Assembly: GCA_024137785.1 (NCBI GenBank) | Contig: JAHRHZ010000034.1 | Span: 23,417,335 to 23,481,334, forward strand | Reading direction: 5' to 3' | DNA from: Ginglymostoma cirratum | Lineage: Eukaryota | Length of the DNA stretch: 64,000 nucleotides | Part shown: piece by piece, positions 25,621 through 39,639 of the stretch | Numbering within the stretch: position 1 is the stretch's first letter | How the letters are laid out: every line of letters starts with the position of its first letter | Translations under genes and position numbers: made by a program | Notes under the pieces: model-generated | What the model was told of the DNA's origin: nothing | Database searches by the model: none | The model's input: only the letters and a program-made list of their open reading frames with translations

Positions 25621-27157
25621 AAGAGGAAATAGAGATGTTAAGAGTTTTTCAGCCAAAAGGAATATAGGAGGGAGTGGGAACAGCAAAGGAAAAGGTCTGA
25701 ATAAAGGTGGAGACCAGGTGAGGTCAACTAACAAGATATTTTATGACACAAAAGAAAACGAGTGTGGCAAATGAATATGGGGTGAAGCAGCACAGCTTAT
25801 ACGCAAACTAGATGTCAACAGCTATGCAAAAACCATACAAAAGTACTATGAAGGGATAAAGAAAGAAGCTAGATGACGACCTTTACTGGATGACAGATTT
25901 CAGGTATTAATACTATTTCAACTGGATCAAAGGAAGAATAATGCCCGATAGTGAAATTATGAAGACAGCCAACTGCCATTGAAGGTTATTGAATAGTAAT
26001 TGCAAGTGGGAAAACTTGTTTTTCCCATTCATCACTGAAAGGTTTTTTTACCAATTAATAGCAAAACACTTCTCTCAGCATACTGACATATTTTACAAAG
26101 ATTTTATTCTATTCTTGAAATTGCATCCTGCATGCCTCAGTTAATCAAGAAAGGAAAAGGGCAGCTTCTGTGAATAATTTGCTACATTCAATCTGGAAGC
26201 ATAGCAGTATTTTCAGTCAAGCACTAAACCCCGCAACCAATAACATAATAAATGAATTTTTAATTCAGAAAAGTTGCAACCCTGACCTCATTTACATTTT
26301 GAAACGGTCTCCTGTCACTTTAAATTATAAAATGATTAATAATCTCTGGGCAGCAGACAAAATTACTGTGAAAATCCAAAAGCTCAGGAAGTTCAGTGTA
26401 AAGTCATTATACACTTATGTTAAGTGGAAATTGCAATATCTGACGTGCTTCAAGAAAACCTGAAGTCTCTAGAGATTTATTCCAGCTTGTATATGACCAT
26501 TATTTCAGTTGAAATTTTAATAGTTTGAACTAGCAATCCTGGCTCTGTGAAAATTGGCATAAGACAAGACCAATATCTAGACATTGCTACATTGATGGTT
26601 TCGTGCTACTCCATCGACAGGCCAGATATGCACTTACTACCATCTTACTCACATCATCGCCATCACTGCACTTCAAAAACTTTGCATGTCTACAAAATAT
26701 CATTTTTGACTTGGCAAGAAACAGAAATGGTAGCAACAATCTTTGATGTCACCACAGTGCTTACTAGTCATGTGGTCTGAGATCTTGAAAGGTTCTATAT
26801 GAATGCAGGTTAATTATTGACTCTGATTGCTTTGGAATAAACAGACATCCTAATAACAAAGGGTAGCTTGGCTAAGGAAAAAGTACATTTTGGACAAGTC
26901 AAACAATGGGCCAACCACTTCATTCAGGGAATATGTTCAAATGGGTTCAGTAATAATACCAGCTTACCAGGCATCCACAGCAGGATAGCAAGGCAGAAAA
27001 CACTGCTAAAATTGCAAAGGTAAGACCTAGAAAAGGCTTGGCATTTAGCACAGGCTTTTACCTCATCCATTCCCAAATGATACAGTACAGCATATGAGAT
27101 GTTGTTAAGCATTGTTTGGCAATGAAAATGTGGCACTCCAGCGTTCAGCCTTTGGGA

Positions 27158-27518
27158 AAGTGATGGCCCAGTGGTATTATCGCTGGACTGTTAACCCAGA
27201 GACCCAGAGACCCAGATAACGTTCTGGGAATGTAGGTTTGAATTCCGCAAACGGGGAAATTTGAATTCAATAATTAAGAAAAATCAGGAGTTTAATTATG
27301 ACCATGAATCCATTGTTGATTGTTGAAAAACCCATCTGATTCACTCATGCCCTTTAGGGAAGGAAACTGCCATCCTTACTTTGTCTGGCCGACATGTGAC
27401 TCCAGACCCACAGCAATGTGGTTGACTCTGAACTGCCCCTCTCGGTAATTAGGGATGGGCAATAAATGCTGCCTGGTCAGCAACACCCTCACCCCATGAA
27501 TGAAAGTTTAAAAAAAAT
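27158..27518 (+). mobile_element. SINE-C copy
   Basis: gatggcccagtggtattatcgctggactgttaacccaga...ccttactttgtctggccgacatgtgactccagacccacagcaatgtggttgactct...agggatgggcaataaatgctg...catgaatgaa. Confidence 0.85.
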
Positions 27519-29255
27519 GCAAACCCAACTTAATTCAGGCTGGAAACTGGTATAAAAGAGAATTTCCATGACAAAGTTACTAAAGAGCACTAAGTGTTGG
27601 AAGAAAACAAACTGTTAAATCAACAGCAAATGGGAAATGAATGTCAACCTAGCACAAAAATGATAGATGAGAGGATATGGAGAAGAACCAAGGAGACTAT
27701 GCAGAAAATAGAACTATTGTTTGCAGATAAACTGAGAGTCCAATTACAGATAGCTGAACACAAGTAAATCTAAACATCTGGACCACAGAAGATAACCAAC
27801 AAGCACACAAATACAAAGAAAACATCACAGCTGAGCCAATAATTAAAAAAAAACAATGAAACTAGCTAAATATTTATCCCATCTACATAGAGTCTAAGAT
27901 TATCTAAATTAGCATGCACTATCATCAATATCTACTACATGCAGATACACGTTCGCAAAGATAGATAGGCTTGTGATGTTACCCACCAACTATCTAGTTA
28001 CCTGTTGCATTTGAGGAATTAATACAATAGGCTAATGGGATCATATAGTCCATTTCACTGTGTGTACCATATATGTGGTACTTCATCTTTTCCCTTATTT
28101 TTAAATGGTAATCTGAGATTTTCACATTAGAAAATTCTTTAAAATGTAGTGAAAGATAATGAAGGAAATCAACCTTTACAAGGATTGTGTTGTGAATGGA
28201 TTTTGTGTTAGTCATTTTGTTTTTGGTTCTTCTTATATTGAAAAGCTTCCAGCAGAAATGTTGTTTTCTACTATTTAAACCATCACAATAGATTATGCAT
28301 TAGTTAGAAAACATCACATGGCTAGAGTTCCTGCAAAAATCAATGTGCAATTAAATGCAAATGTTTACAAATTAGGGGTGAGCAAAACACTAAAGTTAAA
28401 CTTGCCTAGAATGTAGTTTTTGAAAAGCTTATTCAGCTTGAAAACAAAATTAAATCTATTCGTGACAAAGTCTATTTAAGATACTGATGATAACACATTA
28501 ACAGTTCATAAAATTTCACTTCCTTTAAAATTATCTTCAGGCAATAATGCATTGAAAAGCAACTCCCTATGCAAGCTCAGTGTTTTTCATCCAATCACAG
28601 CATAACACGGTTTAGAGGGTGGCAAATTCAGTTCATCTAATTTCAGCTTTCAATGTCCATTTTTATATTAATAATTAGCAACTTTCAGAGATGAGCTTTA
28701 AATATATAATCATGTAACTATTATCAAAATGTAATCAACAGATTGATTTTACATATTGCCCTAATAAAGTTTTCAATGGTTTTATAAATGTCAATACGAA
28801 TGGCATGTCTAAAGTTAATACTGTGCAATATTGGCAGAATTTTGCAGGTTAAAAGAAGATAAAAATCCAGTGCCATTTATAAATTCGGCATTAAATATGG
28901 CATAATTAATTATTGTACTTATTTGACTTGGGTTATTTATTTGAGTTTGCTAATCTTCATCTATGTAATGATAAGGATTCTACAACTGGTCTGACAATCC
29001 TGAGATGAAGGAGTCTGGGAAAATAAGCAATGGCTCCCATTCAGAATGGTTTCCCAAACCTCAAAATACAGATCTGGGGGAAAGGTTAGGGGAGGACAGA
29101 ATTTAGACCCCCTTACCAACTCCTCTTTGTTGTTCAGTAAACCAATCAACACTCACTGCTGAAATTCATAGGACAAGAAGAATTAAAATTTGGATCAGAA
29201 AATGGGCAGGAGGAATCTGTAACTTGTGAAGAAATTGGAGGGGGATAAACCATTA

Positions 29256-29893
29256 GTGTGGATTTTGCAGTCAGCAGCCAAACATTATCTAAGACTCACA
29301 ACCGACCTCAAAAGAAAGATCGGTGATGCTTTTGACCTTGGTTTTCCCTGTCCTGACATTAATTTGAATCTAGCACCAATTCAAGGAGATCTTAAAAGGC
29401 ATTCAGCAACAGTGATTTTATCATTGGAAACAAACAGACAGTCAGATTAAAGAACTCTCAGACAGCAAACTAGGAAATGCAATACCATGACCATCATTCA
29501 CCTTTAATTAATTTTATACAGAGTTAAATAAAGATTGGGACATAAACATCAAAAATTGAAAAACCATTAATAAATATAAGTTTTATATTGAAAACAGTGG
29601 AACTATCGCAATGAATAAGATCTGATCTTACACAAATATAAAATTAGTTTTCCAGAGCCAAAGAGGTTGTATAATTGTACTTCTGACTTGGTACACTGTT
29701 TAAAAACCCATACACAACTTATTATTAAGATGCAACTTCTAAACGATTTTTGACCATTATGTTACAGTGCAAAAGGGGAAGCCCTCATCAGTTGGTGATT
29801 TTTGAACACCTGCCAACTGTCAGGTTTCCATGAATTAAATGTGTCAATATGGGTACTGGCAGATCACCATCGTTATAACTGCAAAATCTGGGC
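29256..29893. mobile_element. Possible non-autonomous DNA transposon (MITE-like)
   Basis: Imperfect 16-nt terminal inverted repeats gtgtggattttgcagt / actgcaaaatctgggc, flanked by TTA and TAA. Confidence 0.35.
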
Positions 29894-32800
29894 TAATAAA
29901 ACTACGAATCATAACAGGGACAAAGGCTGCTTTCCTTTTTGATCAAAAGCAAATGCACAGGCATCAAGGATGACTGCTGCCTTTGAACAAAATCCCATTA
30001 GCAATTAATTGTGAGCTGCATGGATTTACTGCTGTAAAAACGTGCCATGAATATAAATATAGATGCCACAAGGGGATCCGATGTTCACTGGCATCTAAAC
30101 TACAGAGACATTGCTGAGTTTATCTGTGGAACTGCTCCTTACTACTTAGCTGATTAAATTTACTGTTAATCATGTCATAGAAGATTGTCTCAAACCAGCC
30201 ACTTGCCACACACTGTTAAGATTGTACATTGCAACATAAGTCATAAATCAGATTTCCATGCAAATTCTGATTTTCAGGATTTAAACAGCATTTATTTAAT
30301 CTTCACAGTTTATGCAAAAAGATGCAGTTAACACATTTTTAGGTGAGACAGGTGTGAAAGTTACAATCCACAGGTTAGCTCACTCAAGATCCATGTGTTT
30401 TGGAATCTGCATTCTTTGAAGAGATTAACTTGATATTTGATGTATTTGACATCCTGAGAGAATACTTTGCAGATCATGTATATTGCAAAGCATGCAAGTT
30501 GCCAAGGTTACTACATTGTTGTAATGAACTGGGAAAGCCAATGTGCCAAAAATCAGAAAAATGGAACATAGCCCCAGTCAGACAGCAGTGCCCGAGTATC
30601 ACTTACACACAAAAAAACGTGGAACTGGCTCTTATTCTTATGCTTCATTTTCATTCCTTGTATTTTCTGATAGAATTATGCATTTGCTTTATTTAAGTAA
30701 AAGATAAAAGCCTCAAGACCATATGTTGATAGATAAGTAATGTACAAAAATTAAAACACCAATGTATGGTGGCATCCTACACAGTTTTGGCACTATGGAT
30801 AGACCAGAAATCACAGCAAATATACTAAATGGAAACCACGTGAAGTAGTCTCATCTTTACTGAGGGTACAGTCGAAGTTCAAATGTCACAAGTAGCTTGA
30901 GCAGCTTATCACAAAATCATCATAATATACACACTGTAGAAATGGGAGAATGTAAGGACGAATGAGCATCATACTGATGGTGGATTCCTTGGGCATTATG
31001 TTCCTTTACGGGATTTGCCTGGCAGATTTCTTTACCTTTTTTTTCTGTTTTATTACCTATGATGCCTCTTACATCACTAAATGTGCGCTGACCCACTTGA
31101 AAGCATGTGATCTCTTGCACGAGAGAAATAAATAGATTTCTAAAAACTCAATATCAATTTGGGGGCAACAAACAGGAAGATTTCTCTCCAATCCAACTCA
31201 GCAATAGCAACTCGGCCAGCATTAAAGTTATTCTGTTCTACTTGAACAGAGATTTTATTCTTTACACAAAAGGAGAAAGGTGATTTGAACACAATTTCTC
31301 TGTCACATTAAAGGGTCTTCATTTCTCATGCTGCCACAGAAGGGTAAAGGACTAGCTTAGTATGAGTTTCATAGAAAAACACTATGCACAAGGAAAATAT
31401 CTCAATGTTATAACTTCCAATCATATTGCTGTTCAAACAGGATATGATTCCAAGAGTCAGCGATCCTGGAGGTGGAGGGAGAAAGATAACCGTAAACAAA
31501 TTGTGGATCATGTATTAAAATTAAACTTCAAACTCTGATGAAAATTTATCAGTCGTTATTTTAACGTATCAAGGAACTGCAGCCTTTTGTATTCTAGCTT
31601 CATTCTTCAAAAAATGCGATTGCCTTCAAGATCCAAAAATTTCAATTTTATGAATTCAAATGTATAAAGGCCTGGAGCAACAATACATAATGGGAATCAT
31701 CAAGATCCAGAATCAAGGCAGCAAAAATAAAGGTTGAGCAACATATAACTGGTCAAGGTTCTCCAGAGAGATTTATGACATTTAATACATTGGATCTGCT
31801 TACCTAACAACAGTGTATTTCAAAATAACTTACTCTGTGAAAGGCTAACATTTTGGCATAAGCTGCTGTCGAATTACAAGATTTATCACTGTGGGTTGCT
31901 AACTTAGTATATTAGCTATCATCCATAGGAGAAACAAGAGCAACTCCCATTACTCTTGAAGCCATGTTTATGAATATCACTAGCCCTGTGAGTTAACAGT
32001 GCCCTAACAGCAAAATAAATCCAATGGGAATTATGTAGTGGAGGGGTAATGATGATGTCAGAGTCCACTTAGCAGCTTGCATGTATAACATTTTCTGCTC
32101 AGTGACATCACACTCTTATTGACATTGATTTGATTTGATTTGATCCATTGTCATGTGTACCTAAGTACAGTGAAAAGCTTTGTTTGTGAGCAGTGCAGGC
32201 AGATCATAATAAGCAAGGACATACAGATCATAGGGTGAAAATAACTTGGACCAAGTAAGGCATACAGGTCACACCGCATAGGATGTGCGTGAGGCAAGAT
32301 CAACATTAATAAGAACAACATTATTTAAAGTTAGAGAGTCCATTCGTCAGTCTAATAACAGCAGGGAAGTAGCTGTTCTTGAACCTGCTGGTGCGCGTGT
32401 TCAAGCCTTTGCCTGATGGAAGAGGTTGGAGGAGGTCATTACCGTTGTGCAATGGGTCTTTGATGATGTTGGCAGTCTTTCCACGGCAACGAGAAGTGTA
32501 AATGGTGTCCATGGATGGGAGGTTGACTTCTGTGATGGTCTGGGCTGTGCACACCACCTTCTGTAGTTTCTTACAGTCCTGGGCAGAGCAGTTGCCATAC
32601 CAGGCCGTTATGCACCCAGACAGTATGCTTTCAATGGTGCATCTGTAAAAGTTGTTGAGATTCCTTAGGGACATGCCAAAGAAGAGGTATTGTTGTGCTT
32701 TTTGGCTGTCAAATCTATGTAAGATGTCTAGGACAGGTTGTAAGTTATCATCACCCCTAGGAATTTGACGGTCTCAACCCTCTCAACCTCGGTGCCATTG

Positions 32801-33249
32801 ATGCATAAAGCGGCATGTGCTCTTCCTTTCTGTTTGAAGTCAATGATCAGTTCTTTTGTTTTGCCCAGATTGAGAGAGAGGTTGTTATCCTTGCACCATA
32901 TCACCAAGCCCTCCATCTCCTTTTTGTATTCTGACCCACCATTATTTGATATCCATCCTACTACAGTGGCGTCATCAGCAAACTTGTAGATGATGTTCAT
33001 TCAGAATTTGGCAACACAGTTGTGGGTGTACAGGGAGTACAGTAAGAGGCTGTGAACGCATCCTCGGGGGGGGGGTCCAGTGTTGAGTGTTATTGTGAAG
33101 GAGGTGCAGTTACCTACCTTCACTGATTGCAGTCTATGGGTCAAAAAGCTAAGGATCCAGTTGCAGGTCATGGAGTTTTGAGATCAGTCTGGAGGGGATA
33201 ATGGTGTTGAAGGCAGAGCTGTAGGCGATGACCAAGAGTTTGATGTGAC

Positions 33250-33421
33250 AGAGATAAAAGGTACTGCAGATGCTGGAGAATCCGAGATAACAAGCATGGG
33301 GCTGGATGAACACAGCAGGTCAAGCAGCATCATAGGAGCAGGAAAACTTGACGTTTCGGGCCTAAACCCTTCATCAGAAATGGGGGAGGGGAAGAGGGTT
33401 CTGAAATAAATAGGGAGAGAG
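33250..33421 (-). mobile_element. Solo PLE-A terminal repeat inserted into the Rex element
   Basis: Near-identical to 45697-45830, plus the extra 3' tail (ggattctccagcatctgcagtaccttttatctct on the minus strand). Confidence 0.9.
33346..33381 (-). ncRNA. Minimal hammerhead ribozyme motif with intact consensus core
   Basis: Minus strand: attt-CTGATGA-a-gggt-ttag-gccc-GAAAC-GTC-aagt. Stem I is weak (AUUU/AAGU) and stem III is the loopless palindrome ACGU. Confidence 0.65.
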
Positions 33422-36400
33422 TGTCTTTGATGTCCAGATGTTCCAGGGATGAGTGCAGGGCGAGGGATATGGCATCCTCTGTGAGCCTGTTATGTCAGTA
33501 GGCAAATTGTAGGGGATTGAGGCAGGCTGGGAGACGAGAGTTGATGTGGACCATTATCAGCCTCTCACCTTCATGATTACGGAGATCAGAGACACTAGAC
33601 GGGAGTTATTAAGGCACATTGCATGTCTTTTCTTAGGTACTGGGATGATGGTGGTCTTCTTGAAGCAGGTGGGGACTTCGGTTTGTAGGAAGGAGAGGTT
33701 GAAGATGTCGGTGAACACCTCCGCCAGTTAGTCCGCACAGGATCCGAGTGCTCAGCCAGAGACTCCTTCTGGGTGCCATCGCTTTCCTTGGGTTGACTTC
33801 CAGGAAAACTGATCTGACATCTGTACCAGTGACGGACAGAACAGGTGCATTCTGGTTAGCCGCTGGCATTCTGCTCAAACTGAGCAGAGAAAGCATTGAG
33901 CATGTCAGATAGGGATGTGTCTTAGTCCAGTATCTTGCTCTGCTTCATTATGTATACCGCAATGTTGTTTAGGCCTTGTCACAGGCAGTGGGTGTCTGTA
34001 TGTTTAGTTTGGACCTCTAACTTGGTCTGATACTGCCTCTTGGCATCTCTGATGACTTTGCGGAGGTCATATCTGGATTTTCTGGGTCATCTGACTTGCA
34101 TGCTGCATGCCTGGTTTTCAGTACGGAGTGGATTTCCAGTTTCATCCAAGGTTTGCAGTTGTGGAACACCCAGACTGACTTACTGAAGCTCGTGACTTGT
34201 TTCAAACCAAGGGTTAATGCAGACACCAAAGCCAAGGCGAAGTCTCACCACTGGTGTCATGAGATAATTCTCACAAGTCAGGGAAAGGCCAGCCCCATGT
34301 CAAACCTTCTCAGGAAGCCTGCCGAGGGTAAGGGTAGGGATTGGCCAGATGAGGCTACAGTATTTTTGAAATCCTGTGTGGGCCAGGTGGAGCAGGAGTG
34401 CTCTCAAAACTCAAAACTTGGCCAATCCTACAACAAACACAAGAAATGCTAAAGCCTCCCCAGCCTTCGGCCAGCAGATCACTTGTGACGCTGACATCAG
34501 CTACTGGAGATTTTGTATGACACTATCCTCATATCAAGGGTTATTCCCTTGGGCCCTTGGCATGCGAAAGCTGCTGACTCACTTTCACTGTCCCACCCAA
34601 TCGATCCTATGGTTTCCGGACACTGTACTGTGCTAATTATACAAAATCTGCAAGTTGAAATGCCCCAAACCTCTTGATTCCTGTGGGGTTATCTATGCTG
34701 TAAGGCCAGTGTCTTCATGTTATGTTCTGGTTTAAAAAACTGGGAACTGAAATGAGAAAGAACTATTTTAAAAACCAGAGTTTGATAGAGTGGCTACAGC
34801 TTTGAAAAGAGAGTAACACGACACCTATGCCGAGTAGAGTTGCAAAAGGTACAGAGAGCCAAGGCGGGTGTACTGATGCAGGTTTTGCTGGCAATCAAAA
34901 ATTGATTGATAACTAGGCACTGGTCCAGCAACCAATGACTGAGATCTTCTGCCTGCCAACAACTGAATGACTGGTTATGAGGCAACTGACAGCTTGAAGC
35001 TGGGAACATGTTACAGAAAGAAAGCGAAAGAGAGCAAGAGCTGTTTAGAGAGAGAACTGTTTAGCTCTTCACCAGTTGGGGAGCAGTCAGTCCATTCCTT
35101 GCAGTCAAAGACTCTCAGTAAACCTAAAGAAAACTACTTTATCTTGCCTACAACAATTGTTGTATGCTCACTATTAACTGGTAAGACAGAGACTTTCTTT
35201 GTAAGTAGATCAGCCATCTCGTGTCTCTCATGAACTATTGTAAGAAACTAGAGAAAGACGATTGAAGCAATGCGCTGGCCAGCAGAACAGTCAAGAGATA
35301 TGACATCCCAATGACAATACCTGGGAACAAAGACAACTCAACTATCCTCCCAGCTCTTCCCCTCTGTCCATAACCTACGTTACCCATCAGTTTATCTCTG
35401 TGAATCTAAGTGGAGTTTCGAAGAGGATTAGAGGTTTAATTGGTAGAATTATGTGTTGACTATTTACTTGCAGCTACAATCTGATCACTCGCAATCATTA
35501 CATAAATCTTGATCCATGCTTTCTATCAAATTGGGTTTGAAAGTCAGGCAAATTTTGGAACTTTAAGTATTTTCTTAAACTTTTGTGATGACTCCAGGAA
35601 TAGCACGGCTTGATTTCCCATGTGCTAACTCAGTAACTAATAACCATGTCAGCAAACAGTCCCCATCCCAAATGTTTTACATCATTTAGAACATAGTTTA
35701 AAACAGTTAAAATAAAAACCATAAAGTTTGTACTCAGAAATGAAATGAACACTTTTTATGTGTTTTAACTTCAAGTTTCAATTTTACTATTCTCAGTAAA
35801 ATTGATTGATAAATCATTGAGAGGTTCAACAATCAATTGAGGCGTTTAACTGACTGCACTGTAAAAGGATACTTTGGACTAAGTGGCAACTGGAAACAAA
35901 TCTGTTAGAGACTTAAAACACATTCTTGACCATCATTTTTATTAAATGAAATGCAGTTCGCCATCTAGCAATTCTCATGGCTATAATCAGTGCACAGTCT
36001 GAGAATTTATAGAGGCATTAGGGGAAACGTGAGTGATTCACTTCTTGAAGAAAAATAATCAAACAGCCTCTATTATTCAAGTAAATGACCAACGTAATGT
36101 TTATTCACAGACTCATGCAGCTTTGCAAAATGACAAGCCAATTCCAAAATGGAAGTGCTTTGGGCTGAGTTAGACTCATAGCCCACATTTCACACTTCAC
36201 AGATGTCAAATCATATTAATTTATTGGATATTACTTTTTAAAAACATTGTAATTCATAAAACTATGATACCTATGCCATTTGCCAACAAAACAAACCTCG
36301 AGATGAATCATATTTCTAACCAGACATTGCAGTTACTTCATATAATAGAGAAACTAAACTTTGAATGAATTACAATCCATAAAAAGTCAATCTAAATCAG

Positions 36401-37949
36401 TTTATGGATGTTTCATTTTATTTTCTTCATTCTTTGAGTAATTCCTCTTTGCTATACCCGAAGAGGGTAAGCAATGAAAATCAGAGTAATCCTCTTGGAG
36501 TACTGCATTCTCAAGAGCCATGCACTGTCTACAGAAGACGTTTTCCTCATTGTGATGAAAGCCTCCTTTGCTACCAAACCCTTGCTCTACCATTCAGACT
36601 AAATTTGGACATTTGAACTTTTGCACCATTTGGAACTGTTCAGGTAGGCGAATAGGAAACAGTTACATGGAACACATGGTCATTTAAAGATGACAGCCCA
36701 CATTAAAAGTTGCTTTTTATTTGTTTCCTTAATTTATGTTCCCAATTCCTTAAAAGGTCATGATGCTGCCAAAAATACCGTGCTAGACAACCAAATGCAC
36801 CAGGTGCCCAAATACAACAGCAAGCAATAGTAAATAGTTCAATCGAAAGAGTAGTGGCGAGCTAGTGTAAAACTCTTCATGTTCCACCATGAGTTAATTA
36901 TTGCTCAGGGTTCAGCTTTGTTTAGAGGTGCTGAACATACCTAACCTCAAGTCCAACTATAGCATCTCTACTGTATTAAACTTCTTCTTACTGGAGAAAC
37001 TGTGAACATGAAACAATAAATTGAATGCTTCAGAAGGTTTTAAAGTTCTTGATGAGCTAAAATTTCTGTATGGCGCAGCTTCAGGTGCTGCTAAAGAGAG
37101 AATTAGAAAAACCCAATGTTTGGAAAATGAAGGTGTGCATTAGTGGCTGGACTGTCTGAAGTGGCTGGAAGCCATATGCAGAGCTGGGAAATGTTCCAGA
37201 AGTGACAGGTTTGGCAATGAAGCAAAGCTGAAAATTTGAAGCCTAGCACACAATTAAACAGAATGTTGAGTCCATAATTGAAGATGGTGTAGTCATTTGT
37301 ATATTATTGTTGCAAAGGCATGGAAATAAGAGAGTGCAGGCACAAGAGATGCCACCTTTGGACAGAATAGTACCTGTGTTGTAAGCATGGTGGTTGGAAA
37401 ATAATTAAACTCTTACCAGAAGATATGGGAATGGCACTAGGAACCAATGTGATGTGCAATGGGTCATCAAAGGCAAGGGAGTAAGAGACAGGCATTTTGA
37501 GGAGGGAGTTGACAAAGTTGGCTCTGTATGCTCTATGTAACCTATTCACTATGTTCCTCTCTCCACATCACACACTGAGTTCCTCATCGGAGTTGAGATC
37601 CACCCTGATGTGACTCAAGTACGAATATGACTCTTGCAGAACTTGAAAGAGTCTGAAACTCTCCAATGACTTGGCCTGCTGTATGATGGGTCTACCCAAG
37701 GCATACGGCAGACAGACAAAGTTTTATATACTTCGTCACTTAAATCCCTCGACTCACATTGAGTATTTTCCTGGTCTGTTCTCAGGAACTCCTCATTTTC
37801 ATAAAGCGAAAGGATACAAAAGATTTCTAGGGATTTCTTCTGCCCCAGTATCATAACATCAGCAAAAGTTAATCCTAAACACACGTAAAATTTAGTATCC
37901 AACAAACTTTCACAATTATGGTCATCTTATGAGGAATGTTAGACAGGAC

Positions 37950-38500
37950 ATGCTTGAATGCACTGGAGTTCTTGATTAAAACATTCAACATGGCGAGGGG
38001 TCTCAACAAGGTGGACACAGAGAGGATAGAATCATAGAGTCATACAGCATGGCAAAAGGCCCTTCAATCCAACCAGTCCATGCCAACCATGGTCTCAGAC
38101 TAAACTAGTCCCACCTGCCAGTGTTTGACCCATATCCCTCCAAATCTTTCCTATTCATACCCTAATCCAAATGTCTTTTAAACAATGTTTCCTCTTGCAG
38201 GAGAAGCTCGAACTAGGGGAATTACTCTTCATAAATAAGGGATCACTTATTTAATACTGAGATGAGGAGACAGGTTTTCTCACAAGATGGTCGTGAGTAG
38301 CTGGAACTTTTCCTGAAAAGGAAGCTTTTGCGTATTTTTAAGGCAGAAGTAGGTAGATTCTTGCGGATAAAAGGTCATCAGGGCAAACGGAATGTGAAGT
38401 TGAGTTTACAATCAGAACAGCCACAATCTTACTGAATGGCAGAGCACAGTCAGGGGTGGAGGTGGTTGAGGGCCCTGTTTCTGCAACTAATTCATGTTTG
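37950..38500 (+). mobile_element. Old CR1 3' end with an opposite-orientation CR1 3' fragment inserted at about 38027-38185
   Basis: ttgattaaaacattcaacatggcgaggggtctcaacaaggtggacacagagaggat...gagatgaggaga...ttttaaggcagaagtaggtagattc. Confidence 0.6.
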
Positions 38501-39639
38501 TATGTGTTCATATGATAACAAATTGTCAGATGCAGAGGAAATTTATCCTCATTATGTGAAACGTGGGGAAAAGGTTACAATTATCAATAACACATCACGT
38601 ATTTCTGCTTAAAAAAAACAAGTTTCAGTATAAGATTCACTCACTAACCCGAGTAAAAATGGCTGCTTTTATGCAGCTCAGTTAATAATACATTTGATAA
38701 TTTAAATACCTTATTCCAACACACATCTGGTTTATCACTTCCGAAAATTCTTAATCCCAAGCTCTTTAACTGGAGGGTTTTCTAAAACAAACACACTTTT
38801 GCACAAAATTAATTATTAGATTTTGATCACAAAAGTTGATTAAGTCTACAGCTTTTACAAACTTACAACAATTGATGGTTCAAAGCTCAACACACGCATT
38901 GCGCTGTTAAGTTGAAAACAAATAATTTGCATTGAAAAGGTACGGCTTACAAATTAACATGAATTAGACTGGAACTATCGTACAAGTTTCCTAGCAACTA
39001 ACATCAAATGCACCAAAAGATGCTGCATGTTATATATTTACAACAACAGATTTGGTAAATGATTACTAAATCTGGCTATCAGGTTAAATTATTCTATGTT
39101 GATTAAGGTGTAAGCGTCATAAATTGTGAAAAATATAAAAAAAAATGTTTTCATTTGTTACCAATTTCCATAAGGTTGAAAGAGTTGATGAAAATGCAGC
39201 TGCTCAAAAGTTCATGAGACAAGTGGTCTAGATCTTTCCAAGACACAGTGCCATCCTTTTACCTGAATGCATCTGACCCATAATTTCAAAGGTGAGTGCT
39301 GCTTTAATGATACATAAAATATTGATCAAATTTTCACAGCATTTTTAGTAAATGGCAGGAAGCCTCATGAATGGCAACAATAAGCTTGCAATTTGGCTGT
39401 CAGTTCATCCAATGTCTCAGTTTTAACTGCCATGTAAAGAAATGCAGTCAACTGATGATAAACTGTAAAACATTAAAATCTACAATGACAGACAATTTAA
39501 GAAAACTCTCAGCTGTATTGGAACCAAGTGGAGACAATACTGACCCAAGGCACTCAATTGGATTACCATGGCTAATTTCCCCAACAGCTTGGAGGTCAGC
39601 TTTGACCAGAAGTTAAAATCTCTGGCTAGAAGAACATAT

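Larger units (their letters stand above)
32125..34185 (-). mobile_element. Rex1/Babar-type LINE fragment
   Basis: Minus-strand ORFs: KFADDATVVGWIS...WCKDNNLSLNLGKTKELIIDF and NFYRCTIESILSGCITAWYGNCSAQDCKKLQKVV. (ATCAA)n tail at about 32125-32144. Confidence 0.85.
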
